Origin: a virus
Length of the DNA: 64,000 nucleotides
IMG/VR virus record: IMGVR_UViG_3300022562_000124
Coordinates: 15,699-79,698 of that record
Direction: 5' to 3' (one strand)
Part shown: in pieces, positions 10,275 through 19,870 of the stretch
Layout: each line of letters starts with the position of its first letter
Numbering within the stretch: the first letter of the stretch is position 1
Position numbers and translations under genes: made by a program
The notes under the pieces: model-generated
Seen by the model: only the letters and a program-made list of their open reading frames with translations
Database searches by the model: none
What the model was told of the DNA's origin: nothing

Positions 10275-10621
10275 TATTTCGGTTCTCTATACATTGTTTC
10301 TCTTGTGGAGAAGTCTTTGTTTTTGCCTTTGTTTTCTACGTAACCATGACTCTTGTAAAACTTTACCAATCTAGATTTTGTCCCGCCAAAATCAGATGAA
10401 GGTGTCAATACTACCTTTAATTTATGTTTATCGGCATGAGCATTTATAGCTTTCATTGATTGTGAGCCAATACCCTGATTTCTTTTTTCTTTAGGAACGA
10501 CAATCTTTGAAACAGTTAATGTGTTTTTATTCTGATAAACACTATGATCAACGCCAATATTGTCTAAAGACTTTCTTAGCGATTCTACATTTTCAGATAT
10601 AAATTGCTCAAGTGTTTTCAT
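10274..10621 (-). CDS. GNAT-family acetyltransferase with capsid-targeting-like N-terminus
   Basis: Acetyl-CoA motif IVVPKEKRNQGIGS and LVKFYKSHGY; starts MKTLEQFISE. Confidence 0.8.
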   Translation of the reverse strand: MKTLEQFISENVESLRKSLDNIGVDHSVYQNKNTLTVSKIVVPKEKRNQGIGSQSMKAINAHADKHKLKVVLTPSSDFGGTKSRLVKFYKSHGYVENKGKNKDFSTRETMYREPK

Positions 10622-11367
10622 TAGCCTATCATATCCGATACTGGCAAGCTGTAGCTGGAAATCATTTCTGCTTCCATCTTTTCGATTTCATTCATAGCAT
10701 CGTTCAAAATCTTTTCACCATTGAACTCGACACCACCCGGTAGTTTCATGCCTGTAAACTTGGTTAGGTTAGTACCCCATTGATATTTGATCTTGGCTGT
10801 GGTATAATTTTGTAGCCAACGGTCACTCCATACGTCTGTCCAGACTTCAGGGTCAACAACTTCGTATGCTTCGACTACAAGGTATTCCAGATCGTTTGTC
10901 TTTGTGGTCCATTCCATATCGACATAGAGACGGTTTCTGTGTCGATTGTAGCGGATTGGCTGTTGACCAACTAGAAGTTCTGAGACAAGAGCAAGGTGTT
11001 CCATGGTCATGTAATATGGTACCATTGAAACGCTTGTCAGTGTGTAAAGATCGTTAAGAGCAATCTGGTAGCGAATGTTAAATAGGTCATCGGAACGAAC
11101 AATAGGATCGGCAATAGGAAATACTCTCACCGCACCAATTACGTTCTCTGGTAGAGTGATATACTTGTTGATTTTATCTTCTGGCTGAATTGCATGTTTA
11201 TAATAAATTTTATCAGAACCGTCAAAGTGATAATCCCAATAATAGCGCAAAGCTTCATCAATACGATCCTCAACCTGATCGTCATCAACGTTGATTTCGA
11301 TAACAGGTTTGCCTAGCTTACGCAAGCAATATTCTTTGAATTCGTTTCTACTTGTTGGTACTGCCAT
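10621..11367 (-). CDS. gp13: Neck protein gp13
   Basis: YCLRKLG.PVIEINVDDDQ.EDRIDEAL, K.QWG.NL.KF.G..LPGGV..NG. Confidence 0.96.
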   Translation of the reverse strand: MAVPTSRNEFKEYCLRKLGKPVIEINVDDDQVEDRIDEALRYYWDYHFDGSDKIYYKHAIQPEDKINKYITLPENVIGAVRVFPIADPIVRSDDLFNIRYQIALNDLYTLTSVSMVPYYMTMEHLALVSELLVGQQPIRYNRHRNRLYVDMEWTTKTNDLEYLVVEAYEVVDPEVWTDVWSDRWLQNYTTAKIKYQWGTNLTKFTGMKLPGGVEFNGEKILNDAMNEIEKMEAEMISSYSLPVSDMIG

Positions 11368-11398
11368 TATTCCGTCCTATATACTATAGCGATCTATT

Positions 11399-11406
11399 TA
11401 TTTATA
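11399..11406 (-). promoter_or_regulatory. T4-type late promoter TATAAATA
   Basis: Exact match upstream of gp13. Confidence 0.85.
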
Positions 11407-11416
11407 AAAGGTGATT

Positions 11417-12556
11417 ATGATGAAAGTTTGTATCATTGGCGATATTATTATTGACAACTACATTTATGGTACCGCAGAAAGGTTGTCGCCAGAGGCACCA
11501 ATCCCCATTGTAAAGTGTCAGTCAGCTACAGAAAAGTTGGGCGGCGCTGGTAATCTATACGAAAATCTATTGTCCCTTGGTGTTGACGTTGACTTGCTTG
11601 ATTTAAGTGAGCCACGATGTGTCAAGACACGTGTATTCTGTGACGGGCATTATGTTACCAGAATTGATGAAGACGAAATGACGGATGGTAGCAAGGTATT
11701 GGATACCATTCGTGAGCTAGATTTTTCTGACTATGAGTATGTTATTCTCAGCGATTACGGTAAGGGTGTTCTCGAATACTCAGCATCTATTATCGAACAC
11801 GTAAATCAATTTGGCTGTAAGGTAATTGTTGATCCTAAGAACCACTATTGGTTCTATGAAGGCGCATGGCTGGTTAAGCCAAACAGCGCAGAATTTACCA
11901 AGTATGAGTTTGACTCTTGGCAGGGCAATATTATCGTAACCGATTCTTCTAATGCTGTCACTGCCGATATCGATGGCAAGTTCTATCAGTCCTTTGTTGA
12001 TAAGGTTGAAGTCAGCGATGTTACAGGAGCAGGAGATAGCTTCCTTGCTGCATTCGTATATGGCCTTACCATGGAATATGATTATCAGAAATGTCTTGAC
12101 ATTGCAACTAAGGCGGCTACACATTCTGTCAAACATATTGGTACGTATACGCTAAAGCCGACTGATGTAGAGGAAATTGTTGTTTTCACAAATGGCTGCT
12201 TTGATATCCTTCATAGAGGCCATATAGAGTACCTAGAAGCGTCAAAGGCACTAGGGACTAGGCTGGTGATAGGATTGAACTCTGATGCTTCTGTAAAGCG
12301 TCTCAAGGGCGATTCTAGACCCATCCATACACAAGAGGACCGTAAGAAATCTTTGGAAGCTTTGTCCTGTGTCGATGAAGTCATAATTTTTGATGATGAT
12401 ACACCATATGATTTGATCAAGAGTCTCAGACCAAACATCATCACCAAAGGCGGCGACTACACAAAAGATAATGTTGTAGGAAATGATCTTGCACAGGTTG
12501 TCATTTTGCCGTATAAGGAAGGTTATTCCACTACGGAAATCTTGGAGAAATTATGA
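11417..12556 (+). CDS. hldE: Bifunctional heptose-7-phosphate kinase / heptose-1-phosphate adenylyltransferase (HldE/RfaE-like)
   Basis: RLSPEAPIP, GGAGN, SDYGKG, DVTGAGD (PfkB fold) fused to FTNGCFDILHRGH, GLNSD.SV.RLKG..RP, KGGDY, YSTT; exact start (11411/11417/11420) uncertain. Confidence 0.93.
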   Translation: MMKVCIIGDIIIDNYIYGTAERLSPEAPIPIVKCQSATEKLGGAGNLYENLLSLGVDVDLLDLSEPRCVKTRVFCDGHYVTRIDEDEMTDGSKVLDTIRELDFSDYEYVILSDYGKGVLEYSASIIEHVNQFGCKVIVDPKNHYWFYEGAWLVKPNSAEFTKYEFDSWQGNIIVTDSSNAVTADIDGKFYQSFVDKVEVSDVTGAGDSFLAAFVYGLTMEYDYQKCLDIATKAATHSVKHIGTYTLKPTDVEEIVVFTNGCFDILHRGHIEYLEASKALGTRLVIGLNSDASVKRLKGDSRPIHTQEDRKKSLEALSCVDEVIIFDDDTPYDLIKSLRPNIITKGGDYTKDNVVGNDLAQVVILPYKEGYSTTEILEKL

Positions 12557-12912
12557 CTAGACTAACTGGATATGTAGAAAAGGGTTGGGGCCATGAATTG
12601 ATATGGGCAACCAACGACAAGTATTGTGGTAAGCTGATGCACTTTAAAAAGGGTGCAAAGTTCTCTATGCATTTTCATGCAGAGAAGGATGAGACATGGT
12701 ATGTCCAGAGCGGTGTGTTTATTGTAGAGACAATCGACACCAAGGACGCAAGTGTCCGCAAGATGACTCTGTTTGAAGGGAATGTACATCACAATCCGCC
12801 TCTTGTTCCACACAGACTCATCTGTGTCGAGGAAGGCACCATCATTGAAGTTTCTACACCAGACAGCGTAGAAGACAACTATCGTGTAATGCCGGGAGAT
12901 TCACAGAAATGA
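12553..12912 (+). CDS. Cupin-fold sugar isomerase-like protein
   Basis: KGWG.E, SMHFH..K.ETWYV, P...HR, EVST cupin motifs; ATGA overlaps on both sides. Confidence 0.8.
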   Translation: MTRLTGYVEKGWGHELIWATNDKYCGKLMHFKKGAKFSMHFHAEKDETWYVQSGVFIVETIDTKDASVRKMTLFEGNVHHNPPLVPHRLICVEEGTIIEVSTPDSVEDNYRVMPGDSQK

Positions 12913-13694
12913 TCGTGGTTACAGGATGCGAAGGATTCATTGGGAAGAACCTGATGAATTGTTTTGACAACGTGATGGGATTTGATATCACAGATTTTAA
13001 TACTGTGTTTGACATTAATCCTAAGCTTATCGATAGAGTTTATCACATGGGAGCACTGTCTTCCACCACAGAAACCGACTTCAATAAGATACATTATTAT
13101 AATGTGGACTATTCAATTCGCCTGTTTGAATGGTGCATTGAGCACGGCATTCCTGTGTCTTATGCCTCTTCTGCTTCTGTGTATGGAAACACCAACAATC
13201 ACACAATCAATCCTCTTAACTACTATGCTTTGTCAAAGGCAACCGTAGACATGTGGGTAAAGATTAATAGGGACAGGTTTTCCAACATTCGTGGATATCG
13301 TTTCTATAACGTATATGGTCAGGGCGAAGAGCATAAGGGAAATCAGGCTTCTCCCGTTCAACAATTCACCAAGCAAGCTTTGGAAACTGGTAAGATTAAA
13401 ATTTTCGATAAATCAGGAAACGGTACTCGTGATTTTATCTGGGTTGGTGACGTATGCCGCATCATGATAAATGATGATAGAGAATCTGGTATCTATGATG
13501 TTGGTACAGGGAATCCCATATCGTTCTCAGATGTTGCTAAGCTGGTTGCAGACAAGTATGGCGCAAGCATCGAAGTAATACCATTCCCAGATCATCTTAA
13601 GAATAAGTATCAGTTCTATACTTGCGCCAAGTATGAGCACGTTGATGAAACTTGTATTAGTGTAGAAGATTACCTATTAAGGCTCAACGATTAA
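12909..13694 (+). CDS. hldD: ADP-L-glycero-D-manno-heptose 6-epimerase (HldD/RfaD-like)
   Basis: VTG.EGFIG, H.GA.SSTTE, YASSASVYG, PLN.Y..SK, R.YNVYG..E.HKG..AS, RDFI.V.DV, YQ.YT.A. Confidence 0.9.
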   Translation: MIVVTGCEGFIGKNLMNCFDNVMGFDITDFNTVFDINPKLIDRVYHMGALSSTTETDFNKIHYYNVDYSIRLFEWCIEHGIPVSYASSASVYGNTNNHTINPLNYYALSKATVDMWVKINRDRFSNIRGYRFYNVYGQGEEHKGNQASPVQQFTKQALETGKIKIFDKSGNGTRDFIWVGDVCRIMINDDRESGIYDVGTGNPISFSDVAKLVADKYGASIEVIPFPDHLKNKYQFYTCAKYEHVDETCISVEDYLLRLND

Positions 13695-14213
13695 CTTATA
13701 GCAATGAATTAGCTTGTGGTCAAATCGTTTGAATAGCCATGGGCGATAAAAGATAGCATCGTTTTCACGTAGATTGACATGCGTTTCCAGAACCCATTCC
13801 TCTGGATTGTTGTAGTCGAACTCGTCAAGCGGTGCTTCTTTTAGTGTGTTCTTTGCACCAGAAATGTGGCTGAATATTTGGAACGTAGTGTCTTCCAAAG
13901 CAATTGCAAGTCGCCAATCATAAATGTTATCATAATATTCAAAGTGCACACAATCCCAAGGTCGGCGGAATGTTCCTGAGGCTTCCTTATCAAGCTTGAC
14001 ATACTCACCAATCATTTCACCAAACAACATATCAACGTCTGGCCATATCATATTGAACTTCGGAATTTCAAGACCGTAGTCCATTGGTTCGTATTTTAAT
14101 TCACCGACGATATGTTTATACTTGTGTGCGTCATCCTCATGAAAGAAGTCTCTTGCATGAATGAAATTCAAAACACTTTTATTAACAGTAAAATTACTTT
14201 TGGACTTTCCCAT
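13677..14213 (-). CDS. Putative 2OG-Fe(II) oxygenase-like (DUF6445-like) protein
   Basis: N-terminal DFF motif, HFE, C-terminal W....V.L.EN....Y.PWLF; assignment weak. Confidence 0.45.
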   Translation of the reverse strand: MGKSKSNFTVNKSVLNFIHARDFFHEDDAHKYKHIVGELKYEPMDYGLEIPKFNMIWPDVDMLFGEMIGEYVKLDKEASGTFRRPWDCVHFEYYDNIYDWRLAIALEDTTFQIFSHISGAKNTLKEAPLDEFDYNNPEEWVLETHVNLRENDAIFYRPWLFKRFDHKLIHCYKLIVEP

Positions 14214-15087
14214 TACTCGTACAACTTTCTATTGATAATGTTTGATAGCTCACGAATTTGATCATCGGTAAACGTCATGATACCGTCATTACTGCGATCA
14301 GCAAACTCACAATCAATACCAGAAATGCGAATAGGACTGTAGACAGGTGTCTTTCCATTGCGATAAATGGTGAAATAATCTGGGTAAGAAACATTGACTT
14401 CATCAGTTGAACCCATTATAACCACACCCGGTTTGTTGGTAGCGCGGGCCATATGCTGTCCTACGCTATCACATCCGACGAACAAATCACACTGTTCGAT
14501 AAGTGACAGATACATTCTAAGGTCTGCACCCGGAGTGTTGCCGGGATTCTGTGAAATGCTATCCGCAGGATGGAAGAACTGAGAGTCACCGAAATAAATG
14601 ATCATCGCATCTTTATTGGTGCGAGTGATTTCTGTGACTAGCTTACCATAATCATCTACGTCTAGGCTTCTGTGACTCGAATCATATGGTCTGCCATTTA
14701 GCATTGACATGCCACTACCATATGGTTGAACTACGATAATCTTTGACTTCTTTAGCTCTTGTTTTTTTTGTTCCAACAGCCACTTTGCTGTGTTCTTTTC
14801 AAGAGAAGACGTATACAGAACAGGAGCAGTCAGGTCGCTGTGATCGTGTGTCTTGTTGATTTCAACGTCAAACGCTTCGGCCAAAGACAACTCTTGATTA
14901 TAATAACAATAGAGAAGGTTCTATCCTGAAGAAGTGGGTGGCTCCAAAATAGGCTTTCCCATCCATAAACAAGAACTTTAAAATCATCATCTGGATTGAG
15001 GCGGGCAAACTTTTCCAGCGCAGGAACAGCAGCGATAACACGGCCAGCGCCGCCAGTGATGATGAATGTGGTATTAGATTTCGTCAT
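14213..15087 (-). pseudogene. GT9-like (ADP-heptose transferase fold) glycosyltransferase split by a frameshift at ~14906
   Basis: 5' ORF 14830..15087 (FIITGGAGRVIAAVPAL...HPLL) and 3' ORF 14213..14890 (VVQPYG, FVGCDSVGQHMARA...GVVIMGST); the 3' frame is open through YYNQELSLAEAFD only 2 nt after ...RTFSI. Confidence 0.75.
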
Positions 15088-15457
15088 ATTTTATTCCAAC
15101 CCATACTGTGTTCAATGCTTTCGCACATTTATTTAATTTTTCATATGTTTCATACGGCACGTTAGGCCAAAGCTCAACTACTTTAAGATATTGACTACCG
15201 TCTTCTGCATCGGCCACACTTACCATGATGCCGCACTTGTCAGGACGCATATCTTCGTCTAATATTCCCTGAGACCACGCACATTGATATTTGCGACATA
15301 CATTTGGTCTCTCATTATATATCGTGCATTTATTGTCAACCAAAAAGTAGCATGGTCTTCTGCCTTGTGCGAGATTACCATGGACATTGACAGCAAGGAT
15401 GCCTTGACAGCACCCCGTACAGTCTCCACATGGTCTAAATTCAGTTGGCGTATTCAT
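15074..15457 (-). CDS. YkgJ-like Cys-cluster (Fe-S/Zn) protein
   Basis: CGDCTGCC...C.FL...CTIY..RP.VC..Y.C.W; start moved to ATG 15457. Confidence 0.8.
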   Translation of the reverse strand: MNTPTEFRPCGDCTGCCQGILAVNVHGNLAQGRRPCYFLVDNKCTIYNERPNVCRKYQCAWSQGILDEDMRPDKCGIMVSVADAEDGSQYLKVVELWPNVPYETYEKLNKCAKALNTVWVGIKYDEI

Positions 15458-16244
15458 CCCACCACTTTCTCCACTTGATGAAAGGATCAAGCTGACGATC
15501 AAACTGCATATGCAGTGCTAGGCTAGGAACAGGATTAAAACGAATTGCTCTATTGGCTCTCCAAATATTCCAGATTGTATTGTCTTCCCATACACGAATT
15601 TCACCCGGCTCTTCCTTGCGGAGATAATTGCCGTCATAATTCTTGGCAAGGGTTTCAAAAAGAATCCAGTTTGCTTTGAACAATTCTGGGGTTGTCATCA
15701 TGACATTTGTGGTGTAAATACCGGACCTCCAATGACGCTCTGTGCCGTGGACAAGCCAGCACATAGCCTCTGGTGGATCATACTCTTCTGGTGTGTCGAA
15801 TGGGTATAGAACGATATCGCTTCTATCAAGTTTTTGTTCAAACAGATAAAAACTATCGATCATTTCACGAATAGCAGAAGTCTGATGTAGGTAATCATCT
15901 TCTACTGAATACACTAAATCTGCCTTTGAGTCTCTACACATTTGGAATTGAACAAGTGCAGAATGGCGGTATCCTTTTTCTTCAAGATGAATAAGCTCTG
16001 CGTTCATGTCCTTGATTTCTTCCTTGAGAAAGTTAATCAGGTCATCGGAGCTATGATCATCAAGAATAGTGAGACGAACATTGTGTGCACGTACATCTTT
16101 AATTGAATTCTTTAGGGACTTGAAGCATCCCTTAATTAATGTATTTTTATCCATATCACAGTAGCGAACACGCCAATCATTATGGACGTTTCCACCATCA
16201 TGTGTTCTCAAAATAATGTGGATATCTTTGATAAGGTCGTTCAT
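15441..16244 (-). CDS. GT-A fold (GT2-like) glycosyltransferase
   Basis: ILDDHS, YSVEDDYLH, P.PSLALH; start moved to ATG 16244 adjoining upstream stop. Confidence 0.75.
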   Translation of the reverse strand: MNDLIKDIHIILRTHDGGNVHNDWRVRYCDMDKNTLIKGCFKSLKNSIKDVRAHNVRLTILDDHSSDDLINFLKEEIKDMNAELIHLEEKGYRHSALVQFQMCRDSKADLVYSVEDDYLHQTSAIREMIDSFYLFEQKLDRSDIVLYPFDTPEEYDPPEAMCWLVHGTERHWRSGIYTTNVMMTTPELFKANWILFETLAKNYDGNYLRKEEPGEIRVWEDNTIWNIWRANRAIRFNPVPSLALHMQFDRQLDPFIKWRKWWDEYAN

Positions 16245-16245
16245 A

Positions 16246-17844
16246 TTAAGCCTCAATAATTCTACCATTTAATACCAAAGCATCTACTCTGGCAGTTTCT
16301 AAAAATTTCAATGCGTCTTCTTCAGTTTCCAGAATAGGTTCGCCGTTACCGTTCAAGCTGGTGTTGATCAGAACAGGAACCCCGGTCAAATTATAGAATG
16401 CCTTCACAAGTCTATAATATGGCGGATTGTGTTCTTCATTGATAGTCTGGTGTCTTGCAGTGCCGTCTACGTGTGTTGCGGCTGGTATTTCCTTTGGCTG
16501 CAATACAGGACACGTATAGAGCATATAGGGACTAGGACCATCAAAGTCAAACCAGTTATGCGCTTCTTCCTCTAAGACCACAGGAGCGAATGGGCGGAAC
16601 CATTCACGGTTCTTAACAACATGGTTAAGCTTTTCTCTGGTGTGATATGAGCGAGGATCAGCAAGGATGCTGCGATTGCCTAGAGCACGTGGTCCATATT
16701 CGCTGGCACCCATGAACCATGCAATCACCTTGCCATCGGCAATCATCTTTGCTATCTTGTCATAGTCTGGTTCAAAGTAATCGTACTTCTTTCCAGTGTA
16801 GCAAATCTCGCTGCTCTTATATGTATAACGTGGCTCATCAAACAAATTGTGTGCGACATAGAGTGCAGCACCAACGGCATTTCCATCATCCCCACAAGCA
16901 GGGAAGTGATGAATGTTTTTGAATGATGTGCTCTTTTTGATTCTGTAGTTCGTATTGCAGTTTAAGAGCGAACCACCAGATAGGCAAAGGTTTGGTGAGA
17001 TGTGTTGAATTGCCTTGGTGACTTCTGTGATGCTCATTTCAAGCAGCAACTGAATAGTGGCAGCAAGGTCCGCAGCTTCCTTAAAAGAAAGTTCATGTGG
17101 ATGCTTGTTGCTCAGCTTGCCCCACATGTTACCCCAGAATTGACGATAAGTAAGTTCTGTCTGAATAGGGTCTTCATCGATTGGCATAGGATAGAACATA
17201 TCTTGTAGATATTGATTTATGTTCATAATGACTTCTGGTAGCGGTGTGCCATATGCAGCAAGGCCCATGGTTGTACCTGCCTTGGCATACGCTGGAATGA
17301 AGCCAAGGCATTCTGTAAACACGGCATAGCCAATCCCAGAAATAAGTTTAGGACAATCGATAATTTCTAGCTTGGTTCCTTCGCCCTTAAAGATCAGACT
17401 ATTGTCAACTATACCGCCGAATGATGAGTCAACGCTTAGACACACTGCTTCGTCAAAGTTACTAGTATAGTATGCAGAGGCGGCATGACAGACATGATGC
17501 GGCAATACATGAACGTCAAATATTCTGCCTCTGATTCTTCCACGCATGACAAAACGATTGATGCCCATCTTATAGCTGGTAACATCAATCTCATTATCGT
17601 CTGGATCATAGAGACGCAAAGTGTTATGATTATATTCTTCCTTGTAGTCTGTCAAGGCGATGCAATCAATCTCATCAAGTGTGATTCCGGCCTCAGAAAG
17701 AACGTAATCAATAACTTCGTCTGTCACTCCAAACTGTTTCTTTACACGAGTAATTCTTTCAGAAGAAATTGCAGTGACAAGCTTACCATCTTTCACGATA
17801 GCAGCGGCACCATCATGACTAAAATTCAATCCAAGAACGATCAT
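16246..17844 (-). CDS. O-carbamoyltransferase (NodU/CmcH family)
   Basis: HDGAAA...ER.TR.K, HH.CHAASAYY, GG..LNC, GD.G.A.GAA, E.GPRALGNRSILADP, K.RE.FRPFAP, NTSLN..GEPI; ATGA overlap gives start 17844. Confidence 0.95.
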   Translation of the reverse strand: MIVLGLNFSHDGAAAIVKDGKLVTAISSERITRVKKQFGVTDEVIDYVLSEAGITLDEIDCIALTDYKEEYNHNTLRLYDPDDNEIDVTSYKMGINRFVMRGRIRGRIFDVHVLPHHVCHAASAYYTSNFDEAVCLSVDSSFGGIVDNSLIFKGEGTKLEIIDCPKLISGIGYAVFTECLGFIPAYAKAGTTMGLAAYGTPLPEVIMNINQYLQDMFYPMPIDEDPIQTELTYRQFWGNMWGKLSNKHPHELSFKEAADLAATIQLLLEMSITEVTKAIQHISPNLCLSGGSLLNCNTNYRIKKSTSFKNIHHFPACGDDGNAVGAALYVAHNLFDEPRYTYKSSEICYTGKKYDYFEPDYDKIAKMIADGKVIAWFMGASEYGPRALGNRSILADPRSYHTREKLNHVVKNREWFRPFAPVVLEEEAHNWFDFDGPSPYMLYTCPVLQPKEIPAATHVDGTARHQTINEEHNPPYYRLVKAFYNLTGVPVLINTSLNGNGEPILETEEDALKFLETARVDALVLNGRIIEA

Positions 17845-18542
17845 TTCCAAACTTCCATATTAGAGTAGGCATTCACCAAGTCAGGCGGCAACACCATATT
17901 GTTTATTTTATATTCTACCATAGATGTGGTAGTGCAGTCAACTTCTTTATCAAGTTCATCCCAATCCATCTTGACATTCTTGAAGTCATGTGTATAATAG
18001 GTATGTCCTGTAAAATTGTATATTGCTTTCATCATTCCTTCAGGGTTTGCACGAAGAACATCATAGTCCACAAACATAAACATGTCTCTATCAGGACCAG
18101 AGATAGCTTGCTTGATACCATTGTATGCATGACCTACCATACCGTTCATTAGATCATTGGCACGAGAATATACATCACCAGATGCACCATGATTTCTTCT
18201 GTATGCTAGCTCAAAACTATTCAGAACATCAGTAATATTTCTTACACAAATGAGCATCTTTGTTTTTGGAAACGTTTCTTTTAACGAATATGTGAGGAAT
18301 GACCAAGATATATTCGTATTGAATACAGTCGGCTTTTTGATATGCTCATAGTGACCATCAAATAAATGACGCAATGTGTTCTGTCTCTGAAATAAAGGCG
18401 TATCCTGATTCAGGACAAAAGAAGTCATGTTGGCAAGATGATCAGTTTCATTAGCGTGAAACTTTGGATTTTGGTTAAGAATGCTTGATAGCAATGTACT
18501 ACCTGATCTTGGCAGACCAGTAATCAAATGATATTCTTTCAT
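17841..18542 (-). CDS. Sulfotransferase (PAPS-dependent, Sulfotransfer_3-like)
   Basis: 5'-PSB loop ITGLPRSGSTLL, 3'-PB CVRN...V.NSF, YD.L..NP...M..IY.F. Confidence 0.88.
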   Translation of the reverse strand: MKEYHLITGLPRSGSTLLSSILNQNPKFHANETDHLANMTSFVLNQDTPLFQRQNTLRHLFDGHYEHIKKPTVFNTNISWSFLTYSLKETFPKTKMLICVRNITDVLNSFELAYRRNHGASGDVYSRANDLMNGMVGHAYNGIKQAISGPDRDMFMFVDYDVLRANPEGMMKAIYNFTGHTYYTHDFKNVKMDWDELDKEVDCTTTSMVEYKINNMVLPPDLVNAYSNMEVWK

Positions 18543-19870
18543 ATCAAACCTTCAATAATCTTTCTCGCTTCAGCAAGTGGCTCAGCCCATGACCTTACCT
18601 TTGTTTGCTTGCACACATAGAAGTTTTCACCATACCATGGAGTTGAATTGTCTGTTCTTGTGCTATTCCATACGTAGTACTGTAGGATAGGCGGAAGAAC
18701 GATTGTGGTAACGCCCATGGCCCCAGCCGCATGTACGAGTGAAGTACATGAGCTTAGAACAATATCCATTTGACTTAAATAGTCAAGAGTATCGTCCCAA
18801 CTATTTATTTGGTCCTTCAGGCTATTGACACGGTAGTCTTCTTTGTCTATATCAAAGTAATAGATATCCGCATTCAATCCTTGAAGGCATTCGAGCATTT
18901 CATCCATAGGAATGGAACGATAAACATCTTGACCAAAGTATTTGTTGCCGTTGCATTTGATGCCGATCTTAGGTCTTTTCGATTTTAATTTGTTCTTGCC
19001 GATAGGTTTAATGTAAGGCCCATACCATAAATCCTTTTCTCTTACGTTAAGATCAATAGGAAGGTCCATGAGGAATGTCCACACTGAGTCATGGTCAATC
19101 TCAAGTGGATTTGTTATGACTTCAAAACCATTTCTTCTGAATACGGCAGCAAGATCATCACGCTCCAATATTGAGAATAGAATTGGAATCATGCCTTCTC
19201 TACGAAGATGTTCAAAGAATCTAATATTAATGAATTCATCACCAATACCGCCGCCAGCATAGACGTATATTTTCTTGCCCTTTATTGGTACTCTATTCCA
19301 GCGGGGGATGTTAAGAAGGCTAAATGTAGTGACTTTATTATAGTCTGCTTCTTCTTTATAGAGATAGTATTCAATACCAAGACCAACATTACCGACTCGC
19401 ATATTACGATCAGTGTATGTAATACGAAGCCCTTCACGTTGTTCTGGTGTGATGAAATCGCTATTATGTAATTTATCTATTAATTCTTCTGACTCTTTGA
19501 CTTGACCGTTAAGTTTTAGTGCAGCGGCATACTGAACAATCTGATCAAAATCATATGGATTTATTTCCAAATTTAATTCAGTATATGCCAGTGCCTTTTC
19601 TGGATAGTTCATCGCGTAATATGCTTTGGCAAGATTTACCCTTGCCACAAAAAGTTCTTCATTGGTCTTTGCTAATGCGTATGAGTCTTCAGCACACTTG
19701 ACGATAAGGCCAGTGTGGTTTGTCTTTAATGCAAGCATACCAATAACGTCAAAGTCTTCTAGGGTCTTTGCTTTGGTATAATAGAAGTCGAGAATTTTAA
19801 ACGCAATCTCGTGCTGTTCTTTCTTGACAAGATCAAGAACAGTATCTACTATATGATATAGTTCACTCAT
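18539..19870 (-). CDS. TPR-containing GT9-like glycosyltransferase
   Basis: TPR-like helices (NLAKAYY...EKAL...LEINP), GGIGD..I.IRF, MDLP, MD.V.S.CTS.VHAAGAMG. Confidence 0.85.
   Translation of the reverse strand: MSELYHIVDTVLDLVKKEQHEIAFKILDFYYTKAKTLEDFDVIGMLALKTNHTGLIVKCAEDSYALAKTNEELFVARVNLAKAYYAMNYPEKALAYTELNLEINPYDFDQIVQYAAALKLNGQVKESEELIDKLHNSDFITPEQREGLRITYTDRNMRVGNVGLGIEYYLYKEEADYNKVTTFSLLNIPRWNRVPIKGKKIYVYAGGGIGDEFINIRFFEHLRREGMIPILFSILERDDLAAVFRRNGFEVITNPLEIDHDSVWTFLMDLPIDLNVREKDLWYGPYIKPIGKNKLKSKRPKIGIKCNGNKYFGQDVYRSIPMDEMLECLQGLNADIYYFDIDKEDYRVNSLKDQINSWDDTLDYLSQMDIVLSSCTSLVHAAGAMGVTTIVLPPILQYYVWNSTRTDNSTPWYGENFYVCKQTKVRSWAEPLAEARKIIEGLI

Noticed and set aside
16246-17844. Carbamoyltransferase and GTs as a DNA hypermodification system
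   Set aside because: Not excluded, but no nucleotide hydroxymethylase or kinase genes are nearby, and the late-promoter structural context favours protein or glycan targets
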